Below, piece after piece: positions 26,461 to 41,922 of a stretch of 64,000 nucleotides of DNA (positions are counted from its first letter, which is position 1; every line of letters starts with the position of its first letter). The stretch lies in assembly GCF_009914755.1 (NCBI RefSeq), contig NC_060934.1, one strand, 5' to 3'. Source of the stretch: the human T2T-CHM13v2.0 reference genome, Homo sapiens. Under the pieces are notes generated by a model. It searched no databases and was not told the DNA's origin. It saw only the letters and a program-made list of their open reading frames with translations. The translations under genes were made by a program, and so were the position numbers.

Positions 26461-27156
26461 GTATTGTCAGTCCAAGTTAAGTACAGTGCCACATCAGTTT
26501 AAAAGTGTTCTGGGTGCTTTTTGTTTTTTTAACATGGTCATATATGTCTTCCTTGACGTCCACTCAGGTGAACTGCTGTCCTAAATTTTCTGCTGCGTCT
26601 GTGCCTTTTTTTGTGCTGTGCCACTTAAACAATATGTCCGCATTGTGCTCCACGTTGAGCATGGGAAAACGAATCCGCTGTTGGTGTTCTGTGGCTTACT
26701 GCCTGTCACTTAACATCGTGTTTTTGAGATACATCTGTGTTGGCACACGTAGCTGTTCATTTTCTCAGCTCAGTAGTCATTAAATGACTATATCTTAGTT
26801 TATCTAGTCTATGATTAGTGAATTTTGGGGTTATTCCAGATTCCAGTTTGATGCTATTAGAAATAATCTAGTGCCAGCAGGATTGTACATGAATCCTGGT
26901 GCCCAAATGCCTGTATTTCTGAGAATAATCTGAGGCCGAGGATAAAGGCACTTCCTTCCGAGAGATTGCTTGGCTTTTGCTGCGAGTCTTGGGCCTGTAG
27001 TTTCTCAGTGATGTTTTTTTGTTTGTTTTGTTGATTTTCCCCCCCCCGTAAGGTAAGACTACTTACCTTACAGTCCCTTTGGCATGAGTTTACTTCTGGG
27101 TTGCCTTTATTCTGAAAAGTATCTTTTGAGATACAGCTTAAACTGGAGAAGTTCTT

Positions 27157-27710
<554 letters not shown>

Positions 27711-27860
27711 AAAGGAAATGGATTAAAGACCTAAATATAAAAGCTAAAACTAATAAGACCTAGTAAGACCCACAGTGGGGGAAAAATAACTAAGAAGCAC
27801 TTAGTGAAGCCTGAAGTAGTTACCGTGAAGGATTTGTTGCTTGTTTTGGTTTGGTTCTAG

Positions 27861-28014
27861 GTTGGTGATGAACACCTTAGGAAACAACACCGGGTGCTGG
27901 CAGATCTTCATTACAGCAAGGCCGCAAAGCTGTTTCAGCTGCTGAAAGATGCTCCCTGCGAACTGCTTAGAGTACAGCTAGAGAGAGTAGCATTTGCTGA
28001 ATTTCAGATGACCA
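27861..28014 (+). CDS. EDRF1: EDRF1 exon 22, VGDEHLRKQHRV...AEFQMT
   Basis: ttctag|GTT...A|gtaagt; 154 nt. Confidence 0.93.
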
Positions 28015-28189
28015 GTAAGTCTTAATTTTCATTTCTCAGATATGTATGCATTGGCTTAGTGCTGGATTGTCTTAGAGTAAGGCAGGCCTGTGAATCTAAA
28101 TAATACTATTTTCTTTTTAATTTGCCCCATAGTTAATGACTTCGGGTAGAGAGGGTGAGAAATCACTACATGTTTTGAAGTGCTTTTTA

Positions 28190-28618
<429 letters not shown>

Positions 28619-29390
28619 TTAAATCGGCATGAAAAATTTGGGAATGGAGAGGCAACAGTAAAGGAGTAGTGGACCTTATTGAACCCCTTAAACATAGAAC
28701 TGACCCTTGGATTGTGGTTCCAGAACAGACACTACTGTAGAGCCTGACCGAGGTCAAGATAAGTCGGGAGATAGAGAAGGGTGAAAGTGAGAATGCTTTC
28801 TTATGTTATTTTCCATGGCATGGAGTAAGCAGATACTTCAACCACTTAATGATTTTTCCTAAGTTCTCCCCCTCTCTCTCTTGCTCACCTATTCTCCTCT
28901 CCCGCAGAGGAGTCTTTTGAGAAATATCTCCTGTGTGGTAAAGAAACAAGAAACAATTATTTGAAGTGCAGCAGTTCATTTAGTTTTTCAGTCTGCTGTA
29001 AAATAAGGTTAATACTTTAAATCTGTATGACTTAGTTTACATAATACAGTAGCCCCTGAAGGATGCATAAGAAACTGGTAACATTGTTCCCTTTGGGGAG
29101 GAAACCTGGAAGGCCAAGAGGAGGGGTTTTGCTGCATACCCATTTGGACCTTGTAAATTTGGGAATGTATTACCTATCTAAAACAGTTTCTAAAAATGGT
29201 TTTTACTAAAACTAATTTTTTGCTGGCATATAACGCATGGCTAGATGTGTGGGACAGTCACCAGAATTAACAGTAGCTCTTTATGTGAGGAAGGTTTGGG
29301 GAGAGTGATCTTCAGTTTTCACTTGCACCTTTGAATATTCTGCCATGTTTGAATTCCTTAGAATGATCAAGCATCTTTTTTGTTGTTGGG

Positions 29391-29658
29391 GTTTTGTTTT
29401 TTGTTTTGTTTTGTTTTGTTTGAGACAGAGTTTTACCCTGTCACATGGGCTGGAGTGCAGTGGCATGGTCATGGCTCACTGCAACCTTGACCATCTGGGC
29501 TCTAGTGATCCTCAGCCTCCCCGAGTAGCTGAGATCACAAGTGCTAATTTTGGAAAAATTGTTTGTAGAGACAGGGTCTTACTATGTTATAAGCCCAGGC
29601 TGGACTCAAACTCTTGAGCTCAAGCGATACTCCTGCCTCGGCCTCCCAAAGTGCTGGA
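29391..29658 (-). mobile_element. Alu (AluJ-like)
   Basis: Antisense diverged dimer with (gtttt)n tail. Confidence 0.88.
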
Positions 29659-30099
29659 AGATACTGGAACAAATTTGCTAAGATGATAAGTGTGTTTAAT
29701 TCTCTCCTTTAAATGTTTTACTACTGTGAGTACTTTAGAAAATAATGTAAATATTTTAGAGGGTTTTGTTAGCCAGGTTTGTGGGTTTTGTAAGCCAAGT
29801 TAATAAATGCTCTAGTTTGTGACACCTTTTATTCTATCTTATTTTACCCAGTGTTTTTTTTTTTTGTTTTTTTTTTCTAGTACATATGATTCAGACCTCC
29901 CTTCCTAATGTCTATATTGTCTGGTCGTTGTCCCAACAACACTTTCATACATAAGCAATAGCTTGTCTTCCAGATGCCAAATCTATGCTGAAATCACATT
30001 GATCCATTGATTTTAAAGAGAATAGGTTGTTTAGAAAGTGTGGGATTATACTTCTAAAGGAAGAAGGCAACAGTTATTCTCTCCCCACCCGCAGAGTCG

Positions 30100-30720
30100 G
30101 GGAGTCCCCAAGACCACTGTCACTTCTCACACTAACTACGAGTCTGTCGGCAGTCTCCAAGACCACCCTCAGGTTTGAGAATTTGCTAAAGGACTCACAG
30201 AACTCACTGAAAGCTGTTCTGCTTACAGCCACAATTTCTTAACAATGAAAGGATGTACATTAAAATCAGCCAAGGGAAGAGGCTCGGGAGGCAGAGTCCT
30301 GGAGAGTTCTAAGCGCGGAGCTCCCAGTTCCTCTGCTGCTGGAGTTACAGATAGTGCTAACTCACCCCGGCAGTGATGCATGACAGTGCTCACCAAGTGT
30401 ATCAATCAATACATGTACAACTGCGGAAGCTCACCCAAGCCTTGGTGTCCAGAGTTTTCATTGGAACTTGGTCAGATAGACATGGTTGACTGCCACGTGG
30501 CTGATCTTTGTCTCCAGTGCCTCCAGAGGTCAAGCTGTTACCCTGGGGCCCAAAGTCCCCACAGTAAATCCCATTGTTAGGCTATCCATTGTGACCCAAG
30601 GACCCCCAGGTAAACAAAGGCGTTCTTACCGGGCAGGACATTTCAAGGACTTAGTGGTTACCTTCTGGGAGCCAAGGACAAAGACTAAACCTCTGTACAA
30701 GATTTAATCCTCTACTGCAC
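30100..30720. mobile_element. MER21-like ERV LTR
   Basis: ccccaagaccaccctcaggtttga...aggactcacagaactcactgaaagctg motif recalled from the MER21 family. Confidence 0.65.
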
Positions 30721-31248
30721 ACCGCACACAATTGAGTTCTAGGAGAACAGGAGCAAAGGTGTCCTGTAGTATCTGATAGCTCTAGAAAAATTGTAGTTAG
30801 AAGGCTCTAGAATAAAACAAAACCTTGTTCATCTGGTCTGACTTCCTGCCTTTGAACAGAGATGTAATAAACTATTTTACAGATAGGACAACTGATACTA
30901 AGTGCTTATGTGACTTGACCACACAACTGGTAAAATGTGAGGTGGGCCTCGAGCCCCAGACTCTTTTCTGCTGGTCCCTTTTCCTAAGGCTCCTGTTCTG
31001 AAAAAGTGGCCTGTCTTGACAAAACCAAATGGTGGGGCAGGGAAACAATGATTATTTATTGCTTTGTCCAGACTTAGTATTTTTGTCAAGGGAATATTAT
31101 TAAATAGAAGTTGGATTTAGAAGATTTAAGATTCTCATTAGCTTCCTTTATAGCATTTTGAAAGTCTGAATTTTCATTAATACATTAACATTAGATGGGT
31201 TTCTAGATTTATATTAAAGAAATGAACGTTTTGTATTTAAAACTTTAG

Positions 31249-31364
31249 GTCAGAATAGCAATGTTGGAAAGTTGAAAACACTATCTGGGGCTCTTGATAT
31301 AATGGTGAGAACTGAGCACGCATTCCAGCTTATCCAGAAGGAGCTTATAGAAGAATTTGGCCAG
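31249..31364 (+). CDS. EDRF1: EDRF1 exon 23, QNSNVGKLKTL...IEEFGQ
   Basis: ctttag|GT...CAG|gtacat; 116 nt. Confidence 0.93.
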
Positions 31365-32143
31365 GTACATGGAGAAAATGACTGTCTTTGGTTTTTGTGT
31401 GTCTTAAGCTACATGGTGAATGTATATAGTGGACGTGTGTGTGTATGTGTGTGTGTATATATACACACATGTACATATGTATGCTATGCACTAAAACATT
31501 TTAACAGTGATTTGTTATATTTGCCTGGTATTCATCTCCTTTCTTTAATTTGCAAGTATTTTAAAATATTTTTAAGAATATATCTCAACAAGACCATAGT
31601 TAACAAATTATAAAGTCTCTTAAGTTTTTTTGTTGCTGTTGGTGGGAATTTGTTTTGTTTTATGTTTTAAAAGAAAAGGCCTGTGCCCTCTTTTCTAATT
31701 TCCACTAGAATGCCTGGGAGCAGTTGAATGGTGAATGGGCCTAAGCAGGCTCCTCAGGAAGGAATTTCTCGTTTTCTGGGCATTCCGGCATTCATTTTAC
31801 CTTCTGCTGTTGCTAAAAGCTTCCTGAAGCCCCCATGTTGCGCCCACCTATTGCTCTTCTAGCCCTGCTTGGTCAAATCCTGTGTGGTACCGTACATTTC
31901 TGCGTTGTGTCTAATGTTGGAAAGTCAGGATTAATTTCTTCTACAAAAGTGCCTATTGGGGCTGAGACATTTTAATTATGTGTTTTAGTCTATCAAAATG
32001 ATCATAGGTGTGCTTTTTGTTTGTTTGTCTTGTTTAGGGTTAAAAATGTATTGGATGAATGAAACTGCAGTTCCATCACTTGGTACGATATGAAACTACA
32101 GTTGTTGGATAGCTCGAGTAAAATAACTTTTTGTTGTTTTTAG

Positions 32144-32295
32144 CCTAAGAGTGGTGACGCCGCTGCAGCTGCTGATGCTTCTCCTAGTCTCAATCGAGAA
32201 GAAGTGATGAAACTCCTCAGTATATTTGAGTCTCGGTTGTCATTTCTTCTCCTTCAGTCCATTAAACTGCTATCTTCAACTAAAAAGAAAACAAG
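32144..32295 (+). CDS. EDRF1: EDRF1 exon 24, PKSGDAAAAADA...STKKKT
   Basis: ttttag|CCT...AG|gtaaat; 152 nt. Confidence 0.93.
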
Positions 32296-32383
32296 GTAAA
32301 TTAAGTGGTTATTTGTAGGAATTTCTTTCCTAGCACCCTACCTATAAAAATTTTCTCTACTAACATCATAAAGAAAAACTAGG

Positions 32384-32697
32384 GGCCAGGCACATTGGCT
32401 CACACCTGCAATCCCAGCACTTTGGGAGGCCAAGGCAGGCAGATCACTTGAGTTCAGGAGTTCGAGACCAGCCCGGCCAACATGGTGAAACCCCATCTCT
32501 ACCAAAAATACAAAAACTAACCGGTATGGTGGCGGGCGCCTGTTAATCCTAGCTACAGGGGAGGCTGAGGCACGAGACTCGCTTGAACCCAGGAGGTGGA
32601 GGTTGCAGCGAGCTGAAATCACACCACTGCACTGCAGCCTAGGCAACAGAGTGAGACACCATCTCAAAAAAAAAAAAAAAGGAAAGAAAGAAAAAAA
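32384..32697 (+). mobile_element. Alu (AluS-like)
   Basis: Full dimer with A tail. Confidence 0.95.
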
Positions 32698-33329
32698 TAG
32701 GTTGTATTCTGTCTTGTCTTCTATGTGGATAGTAGAATTTTAAGTGGTGTTCCTTCTTGACTTGTTAAACTAGGTAAGAACCCTCTCCACAAAGCCTTCT
32801 ATGTATTGAAATTACAGAAAGAAAGAAATCTTGCTGCCTAAGGGCAAATACTCTGTTGTTAACGTTTTCCTTGAGGGAGATGAATAACCCTGGAATGAAG
32901 ATCTGCGTTTCTAGTGATGCTTCTGAATGTTGTCATTAATGGAGGGTCTCGACTGGAGTTTGATGCTCAGGGCCAAGTGCACTGCAGAATAGAGGACAGA
33001 ACACAGAAGCAGGAGAGAAGCAGGAGAGAAGAGCGCACACCTCCGCAGAAATGTTCTAATGGCCCTGAGTCATCTTGTTGCGCTTACATTCTTTTGTCAA
33101 AGTTTGTTATTTTGGCATTATTGATTTAATTTGAAATTTCAGTAGTAAGTACTAGATCAGGAAAGTAATATCAATGATATGCCTTCCTTGTTTTTAAATA
33201 TAAGTGCAATCTGGCCATATTACAAAATTTGGAAAATAGAGAAAAGGAAATGACAACCATTTATCCTAATACATCCATTGTTACCAGTTATCTTATGTAT
33301 ATTTTACCGATGTATAATCTTAGGGTACA

Positions 33330-36300
33330 GATCATTTTTGTCTGTTTATTTTTTTATGTTACATACAGTAAAATGGACTCTTTGTGGTGTATACTTCTTC
33401 AAACCTTGACAAATGCATATAGATGTGTGCCTGCCACCACAGTTATGACAGAAAACAGTTCCGTCACTCCAAGAATTCCCTCCTGCTGTCCCCTTTGCAG
33501 TCAACCCTGCCCCTGCCCCCAATTCCTCAGGATCTCAGGGAGAAAGTTTTCAGTCTTTTACCATTAAGCCTCATATCAGCTGTGGGGCTTTGTAGAGGCC
33601 TTTATCAAGTTGAGGATGTTTTCTTCTATTCTGAATTTGCTAAGAGTGTTTCTATCATGAATGGATATTGAATTTGTGTCCAGTGCTTTTATTACATTTA
33701 TTGAGATGACTACATGGTTTCCCTTGTTTAGCCTTGTTTAGTGGATTACGTTGATTCTTCAGATGTTAAACCAGCTTTGCATTCCTGGGATAAATCCCAG
33801 TTTGTTGTGATGAATGATTCTTTTTATGTATTACTGGATCCAGTTTGCTGATATTTTGTTGATAATTTTTGTGTCTATGCATAGGGGATAGTGGTCTACA
33901 GCTCACTTTTCTTATAATGGGTTTGTGTGGTTTGGGTATTAGAACAGTGCTGGCCTCATAAAGTCTGTGGGTTCATGTTCCCTCTTCTGTTTTCTGAAAG
34001 AGATTGTATAGAATTGGTACTATGTCTTCATTAAACATGTAGTAGAATTTACCAGTAAAACCATCTTAACCTGGAGTTTACTTTGTTGGAAGTTTTTAAA
34101 CGGTGAGTTCAATTTCTTTTCATGGATACAGTATTACTCAGGCTGTCTTTTTCTTGAATAAACGAGGGTCCATCATCTAAATTGTCAAATGTATAGATTC
34201 ACAGTATCCCTTATTATCCTTTTAATGTCTAAGGGGGTTTGTGATGATAGCCCTTCTTTTAGTCCTGATATTGGTAATCCTTCTGTTTTTCTTGGTCATT
34301 CTAGCTAGAAGTTTTCGATTTTTTTTTTCCAATCTTTTCAAAGAACCAACTTTTGGCTTGATTGACTGTTTCTTCCCCTCATTGTTTCTCTCTTTTAAAT
34401 GTCATCAATTTCTGCCGTTCATTTCCTTCCTTCTACTTGTTTTGGACTTAATTTGCTCTTTTTGTAGTTTCTTAAGGTGGAAGCCTAGATTACTAATTTG
34501 AGACATTTTTCCTTTTTAATATAAGATTTGCTGCCAAAAATTTTCTTCTAAAGCACTGCTTTTGCTACATCTCATATATTTTTGTATATTTTCGTTTTCA
34601 TTTGTTTCAAAATAATATTTGATATCCTGAGACTTCTCCTTTGACCCATTTGTTATTTGAAGTGTGCTGTTTAGTTTCTGAATATTGGGACTTGTTAGCT
34701 ATCTTTTGATATTGCTTGCTAGTTGAATTCTATTATGTGCTGAGACCATAACTGTGTTTGTTCTCTTCTTTCACGTTTGTGTAGATTTGTTTTATGGCCT
34801 AGAATATGGTTTATCTTGGCACATGTTCCATGTGTACTTGAAAAATCTGCGTGTCCTGCTGTTTGGGGTAAAGCATTGTGTAAATGTCAGTTAGGTTAAG
34901 CGTGTTCATAGTATTGTTCAGGTCTTCTGTATTCTCACTGAATTTCTGTCTATTGCTATCAATTTACTGAGCGAGGAGTGTTGAAGTCTCCAGCTACGCT
35001 TATGGATTTATCTGTTTCTCCTCTCAGCACTGTCAGTTTTGTTTCATGTGTTTTTGAAGCTCTGTTAGGTACACACACGTAGGATTGTGATATCTGGGAG
35101 AACTGACCTCCTTATTACTACAGATGTCCGTCCCTCTTTGATAATATAGCTACTCAACGTTCTTTTGGTTAATGTCTTTTTTTGTATGTCTTTTATATTA
35201 AAATTGGGTTTCCTATAGGTGGCAATAGTTGGGTCTTGCTTTTTATTTTTTATTTACTTATATTTATGTTTAGTTTTTTTGAGACAAGTTCTCACTCTGT
35301 CACTCAGGCTGGAGTGCAGTGGCATGATCATAGCTCACTGCAGCCCCAACTTCCTGGGCTCAAGCAATCCCCCACCTCAGCCTCTCAGAGTAGCTGGGAC
35401 CACGGGTGTGCCCCACGACACCCAACTAATTTTTTAATTTTTTGTAGAGATGGGGTCTTGCCATGTTGCCCAGGCTGGTCTCAAAACTCCTGGGTCAAGC
35501 AGTCCACCTTCCCCAGACTCCCAAAGTGCTGGGATTACAAGTATGAGCCACTGCACCTGGCCCAAGGGTCTTGCTTTTTAAATCCAGTCTTACAATTGGT
35601 GTCTCTAGACCATTCACATTTAATATGATTCTTTCTCTGCCTTCTGTTAATTATTTTCTGTGATTCCATTTTATTTCACTATTGATTTATTATGTGCCAC
35701 TTTTTAATTATTTTGGCAGTTGACCTAGGATTTTGCAGTATACATCGTTAATCTTTCATGAGAGGCCACCTTCAAGTAATATGATACTGCTTTACATGTA
35801 CTGTAAAGACCTTCTAACAGTAGACTCCCAATTCCTTCCTCCCGTCTTTTGTACTGTTATTATACGTTTTACTTGTACATATGTTATAAACAGAATACAC
35901 TGCTACTAGTTTTTACCTTATACAGTTATCTTTAAGAGCAATTAAAGGGAACAGGAAATTTTATTTACCTTCATTTATTCCATTTCAGTACTCTTACTTT
36001 TTGTGTAGGTTTCTGTCTAGCATCATATTCCTTCTGCCTGAAAAACTTTTAGCATTTAGCATTTGTAGGTGTGCTAGCAATGAATTCTATCTTTTCAATT
36101 GAGAGAGTTTTTATTCTTTTTTCAGTCTTGGAAGATCTTTGAGCAGAGTATAGAATTCTGGGTTAACAGTCCTTTTCATTCAGTACTTTAAAGATGTCAC
36201 TCCATTGTCTCTGGCCTGTGTGTTTTCTGACCAGAAGCCAGCTGTGTTTCCTACTTTTGTTCATCTGTTAGAAATGCATCTTCCTTGCCTGTAGGCGCCT

Positions 36301-37920
36301 CACCCCCCAGCAGTTTAACTATGATAGGCTTGAGTGTGTCGTGATGGCTTTTACCTCTGGCTTCAGCATTTTTCTTTCTTCTGTTCCATTCTCTCTCCTC
36401 CTCTGTAGCCCGTTATGCCTATGTTAGACTGTTTGATGTTATTCCACAGCTCTTGGATATTCCGTTCTGGTTTTTTTGATGCCATTTTTTCCTTTTTGTG
36501 ATTTTGTTTGGGTAATTTCTGTTGAACTGTCTTCAAGTTCATGGATTCCTTACTTGGTTTTGTGTCATCTACAGTTGAACTTTTTGAAGGCATTCTTTGT
36601 CTCTGTTACAATGTTCCTTATTTCTAGCAATTGCCCTGGGTTCATTCTTACAGTTCCAGCTCTCTGCTGAAATCACCAATCTGACCTTGCGTGGCATCCA
36701 TCTTGTCCATTAGTGTCTTGAACATACTAATTATAGTCCTTTTAAATTCCCTATGAGATAGTTCCAACATCTGTGTCATAATTAGCTGGTTCTGTTGATT
36801 CTTTGTCTCTTGGAAGTATGTTGTTTTTTCCTTGCCTTCCGTATATCTCTTGTTTGTTGAAAACTGGACACCTTATGTATGATAGTAGAGACCAAGAGAA
36901 ATATTTTTTTTTTGCCTGGAATTTTTTGTACTTTCCCCCTGCTACGGCTTTAGTGTGGGAAGTGGAATTCATTTTTCTAGCCTGGAGTTGAGCTGTGGTT
37001 GAGATTTTTTTATTGCGATGGTTACCTTCCATGTACCACAGGCTTCAAGTTTTCCTAGCAGTCCTCGTGTGTAGGGTGGAACAGATCTGCAGAAGGTGAT
37101 TCTTAGTGTCTTCTCTACCTTCAGCTCTAGGTCTTTCTTTTGTTTTGCACCTTAGAGAGGGTCTGTCTTTATACTCTCACAGTTCTTCCAGCCATATTCC
37201 ACTGTCACTGGTCCTTCGGTGCCTTTTCGCCTGTTTGGGAGGGAGCAGGGAGTTAGCAAGGACTCCATAGTTGTTTAAGCCTCAGTCCAGGCAGACACTC
37301 GTGTCCCTGAGTCTCAGGACTGTGGCCTTCCCACTGCTCCTGCACCCCCACCTAACCCTTCAGAGTGTTTTTTTCTGTTCCCTTCCCCTCTCTTCATTGA
37401 CTTTAACCAACGCCCTAAGGTTGGCAGGGTTCATTGTCTTCCCCCACCCCCATTGAGTCTTTTGTTTCATAGAGGAGAAGGGTCCAGGTGGGGTTGCTGG
37501 TCCCTCCCATAGCAGCTGCTGTTACCCTGTCATAGGTCTACAGCAGGAGGGTCAGTCTGTCAGGATTCTCACTGGTCTTTTATGTGGGCATTTGGTGAGG
37601 TCCTTGGAGAAAAGCCAGTAAGAAGATGTGAACCCCCTGACTCCACAGAGGCCCTATACTTTCTCACCAGCCTCACTGGGCCCCCACCAACCCATTCACT
37701 ATTTTAGCTAAATGCTTACTGGCATCTGGCTGCATCTGCCCCAGGTAAGGAAGGACTGTCCTTTCTCTCCCTGTATCAGCCTGTCTCTCCTTAGATTGCA
37801 GGCTAGTTGGCTGCCCCACCTCTCTCATGGATTTAAGAAGAGCCATGACCTTGTAGTTTGCCCTGCTTGAGCCAGAGACTTTTTCCGGTTCTGCACCATG
37901 AATAGAAACTTCTTTCAATA
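33330..37920 (-). mobile_element. Old degenerate L1 (L1M-type), antisense, with nested Alu at 35240-35563
   Basis: T-rich antisense ORF2/ORF1 remnants (gatctcagggagaaagttttcagtcttttaccattaag; ORF1-like peptide at 36363-36593). Confidence 0.8.
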
Positions 37921-37935
37921 ATTGCCTTTGAACTA

Positions 37936-38096
37936 AGTGCCATGGCTTACACCTGTGATCCCAGCTATTTGGGAGACTGAGGCAGGAGAATTACATGAAC
38001 CCAGGAGTTCAAGGCCACAGCAAGCTCTGATGGCACCACTGCACTCCAGCCTGGGAGACAGAGCAAAACCCAACTCTTTAAAAAAAAGAAAAAAAA
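37936..38096 (+). mobile_element. Alu monomer (FRAM/FAM-like)
   Basis: Single arm with A tail. Confidence 0.8.
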
Positions 38097-38125
38097 TGGC
38101 TTTTGAATAATTCTCTATAGTCTAA

Positions 38126-38459
<334 letters not shown>

Positions 38460-39202
38460 TTATTTGGTTGTTAATCCACAGTGTCTGCACCATATCCTGG
38501 TTGTGGTACACAGCAGCGGGTGTTGATACACTCACTGTAATTTAGCAGAGACATCCATCTTTTTGAAGAGCCCTAAGGCGGAGCAGATACTGCATATGGT
38601 AACAAGGCTTGGAAAGAATTCCTGCCTTTTTCTAACAGCAGTGGGTAAAGTTTTTAAATTTGTATTGGTTTCCACAAGATGGTAATATAAATATATGATA
38701 CATGAGAAAAAGTGATTCATTGATTTTTCACAAGTCAATCATTTGAGTAATTGGTAATAGGTAATAGTTTCAGTTTTATCTTTTATAACTGTAACAGTCA
38801 TATGTATGACCTAAGTAATTTTTATTTTAATGGAAGGTTTTCTAAGCTTCTGTTTATTTAGGTTATTAATATTCTGCTGAAAACTATTGTAATCTAAAGT
38901 TTTCATGCATGACACATACAATCTTATTTAGCTAATTTATATTGATTTTAAGGTTTATTAAACTTAAATGTGATAATGTGTTAATAAAATAAACACTTTG
39001 ACAAGTTTCAAAACAAAAATATTAATTACTAAGTCAGTGACTATTTCATTTTTCACTGATGTGCAAATGAAAACATCTATAATTTTATTGTTAAGAGGAA
39101 AATACCCTCTGCCACAGGCTTAGTTGTTTCACAGTGAATACATGAACATTCTCTTTTGCAATATAGAGAGAAATCAGAATGAGACCTAAAAGAAAGAAAA
39201 TG

Positions 39203-39502
39203 CAATCAGCCCTCTGTATCCAAGGATTCTGCATCCACAGATTCAACCAACCACAGACTGAAAATATTAAATAAATAAAAAATAATACAAATTTAAAAAG
39301 CAATATAGTATAACAACTATTTATATGGCATTGACATTGTATTAGGTATTATAAGTCATCTAGAGTTGATTTAAAGTATATAGGAAGATGTACACAGCCT
39401 AAATGCAAATGCTGCACCATTTTATATCAGGGACTCCAGCCTCCTCAAATTTTAGTTTCCTGGAGGGTCCTGGAACCAATCCTCCACAGATACTGAGAGG
39501 CC
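39203..39502. mobile_element. MER2 (Tigger) element
   Basis: gccctctgtatcc...gattcaaccaacc...ggaaccaatcctccacagatactgag. Confidence 0.75.
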
Positions 39503-41750
39503 ATGTTAAACAAATTTTTGTTTTATTTTTTGACTACTGCTTTTTCCACTTCATGCCCTCTGGCAAAAAAATAAACAAGGCTTAATAATTAAAATCTTAA
39601 GTTTATTAGATTCCTATAGAATTAGAGTGAAAGATGCATTTTACTTGTTTAAAAAAAATTTTTGTTTTCATTTTCAGGTGATGCAGGCATTTCATCATCA
39701 TATGACAACTGCATTGGCATTGACCTGCTAGAAATTCTAGCAGTAGCAGTTTGTTAGGCCAAAGGTTTTCTCTTTTCTCTTTTTGAATTTAGAATTTACT
39801 CTTCTACTGTATTTTAATATTCATTGCTTTCACAGATCCAGGCCTCTTAACATTTTGGTGGCTTTGCGGTTTAATATAATGAAATACCATAAAAAGTAGA
39901 AGTAATCTCTGAAGATTCAGGGAGCTCTCTGCTGCAGTGCTAAGAACAGATCCTTTGGATTCATGGGTTGTTCCCATTAGATGTGTACATTTAATATTTT
40001 GTTAAGATTAGTAAAAAGGGAGATGAAAGAATGTAAGTTAGTTCCCTTTAGAAAAAGCCTGTGAGATGATGGAGCCCTCTGAATAGGGGTCATAGGTCAG
40101 TGAAACTGCTGATAAGAATGCATTAAGGAAGGCGTGATTTGTAGAAATTGGAAGATGAAGATTTAAGATTCAGAGTTATGGTTAGGACAAATCAAAAGAT
40201 TTTAAGTTTATGATCCCTGCAGCCATCAATTATCTTTAGGCACCCAACTATTAATAAAATGACAGTGTGATGTCATTGTCCACAAAGAATAAGTCATCTT
40301 TCAAATGCCTTTTCTAATTGTTAAGTGCTAATGCCTTGATTACTGTCAGAGTAATTTAAATTTTCTATAAGATTATCAAAGGTTTTGTGACTGTTAACTC
40401 CCCACAAAACTAAAATCTAGCCAATCTTAGGCCCAGATTACAGATAGGGAATGCATTTGGAACAGTCACTTGCTGTACTGTGGTTGTTGGGGGAAGGCAG
40501 GAGGAGATTTGCCTGATAAAATAAGTGGGAATTGGAGGGGAGAAATGTCTAAAGGCAGCGATGGGGATCCTGTGGAGGAGGAATGGAGCCAGGAATAATA
40601 GAAAGGGGAACTCCTGGGGAAGGGAGCTCTGCATGCTGGCTGCTCTGTGGCAGGCCTGACTGGCAAGCCCTTGGGTGAAGGGAGAAAATTTGTACCCTGA
40701 AGAGGTGAAAGAGCATAGCATTTGAAATTGGAAAACATGACATTTTGACCTTAGTCCAAACTGTTAACCCTTCTGGGCCTTAGGTTTTACATCTGTAAAT
40801 TCAAAATGCTAGTCCTTGCCTATCTGAGGGGATGGGATTATTGTAAGGCTCAGATGTGTTCATGGACACTGAAAAGAGTTGTGGAATTGTTACCTGGTAT
40901 CTGGTTATGTGAGCCAGGGGTCTCCACCTGGACTCATTTAAAAAAAAAAAAAAAGATGCTAGATATGAACTGCCACGTAATTACTAGTCTTTTCCAGTAG
41001 TAACAAAAATAGAATTCACCGATCCATCATAAGGGGTAAATGTTTTCAGGACAAACTGTAAACTGAAATAGTTTTCAGGTAGAGTACTGTCTAGTACTCT
41101 TCAGCTGAGGGGCAGTCTTCACACAGAATTGCACTGACATTTTCAGAGTAAACTGAGATGCAGCAGTTCTTGTAATTCAGGAATCCATGTTTAAATCCTA
41201 GGTAGTTCTAGCTCTAGAGACGGCAGTACAACAGTGGCTTTAGATGTGTGTTTATGACACAGGAAGGCGCTTAGGCCGAGCTTGAGGAACAGAGGAAATA
41301 CTGCATAGCTCCTTCTGTGCCCTCACCCGGCTCCACTGCATTTTCTTCATGGCCGTCCGTCTGTCACTCTCTTGTTTACTATGGTTTCCCCCAGTGCCTC
41401 CCCTCCCCTCCCCCAAACTCCTACCTCAATAGGATGCAAATTCCATAAGGCAGGGGCTTCTTTTTGCCTGTTTTGTTCTCTGTCAAGAGCAATTCCTAGT
41501 ACATAATAGGCATTCAAATATTTATAAAAGGAATGAGTACTGGATTTCATTGATGTATTGAAATAAATGTGTAGAAACAGGCCCATGAGCAATATGTAAA
41601 AGAAGGCAGGTCTGAACCCGGCAGGAGAGGAATGCCTGCTGCTCTGTGAAGAGTGACTGTTGGGCTGTCACTGTCCGGTTTTCTGGACCTCTGAATTGTC
41701 GGTAGGCATTGCTGGTCCCTTACCTGTCTCTTTTTCTTTTTTAACCCTAG

Positions 41751-41922
41751 CAATAACATCGAAGATGACACAATTCTCAAAACCAACAAGCACATTTACT
41801 CCCAGCTTTTGAGAGCAACTGCAAATAAAACCGCGACTCTTCTGGAAAGAATCAACGTTATCGTCCACCTGCTGGGCCAGCTTGCCGCCGGCAGTGCAGC
41901 GAGCAGCAATGCCGTTCAGTGA
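41751..41922 (+). CDS. EDRF1: EDRF1 terminal exon 25, coding part NNIEDDTILK...SSNAVQ*
   Basis: long pyrimidine tract, ccctag|C; phase matches; TGA at 41920-41922. Confidence 0.92.

Noticed and set aside
36363-36593. L1 ORF1-like peptide
   Set aside because: Short remnant of an old degenerate L1; not an intact ORF
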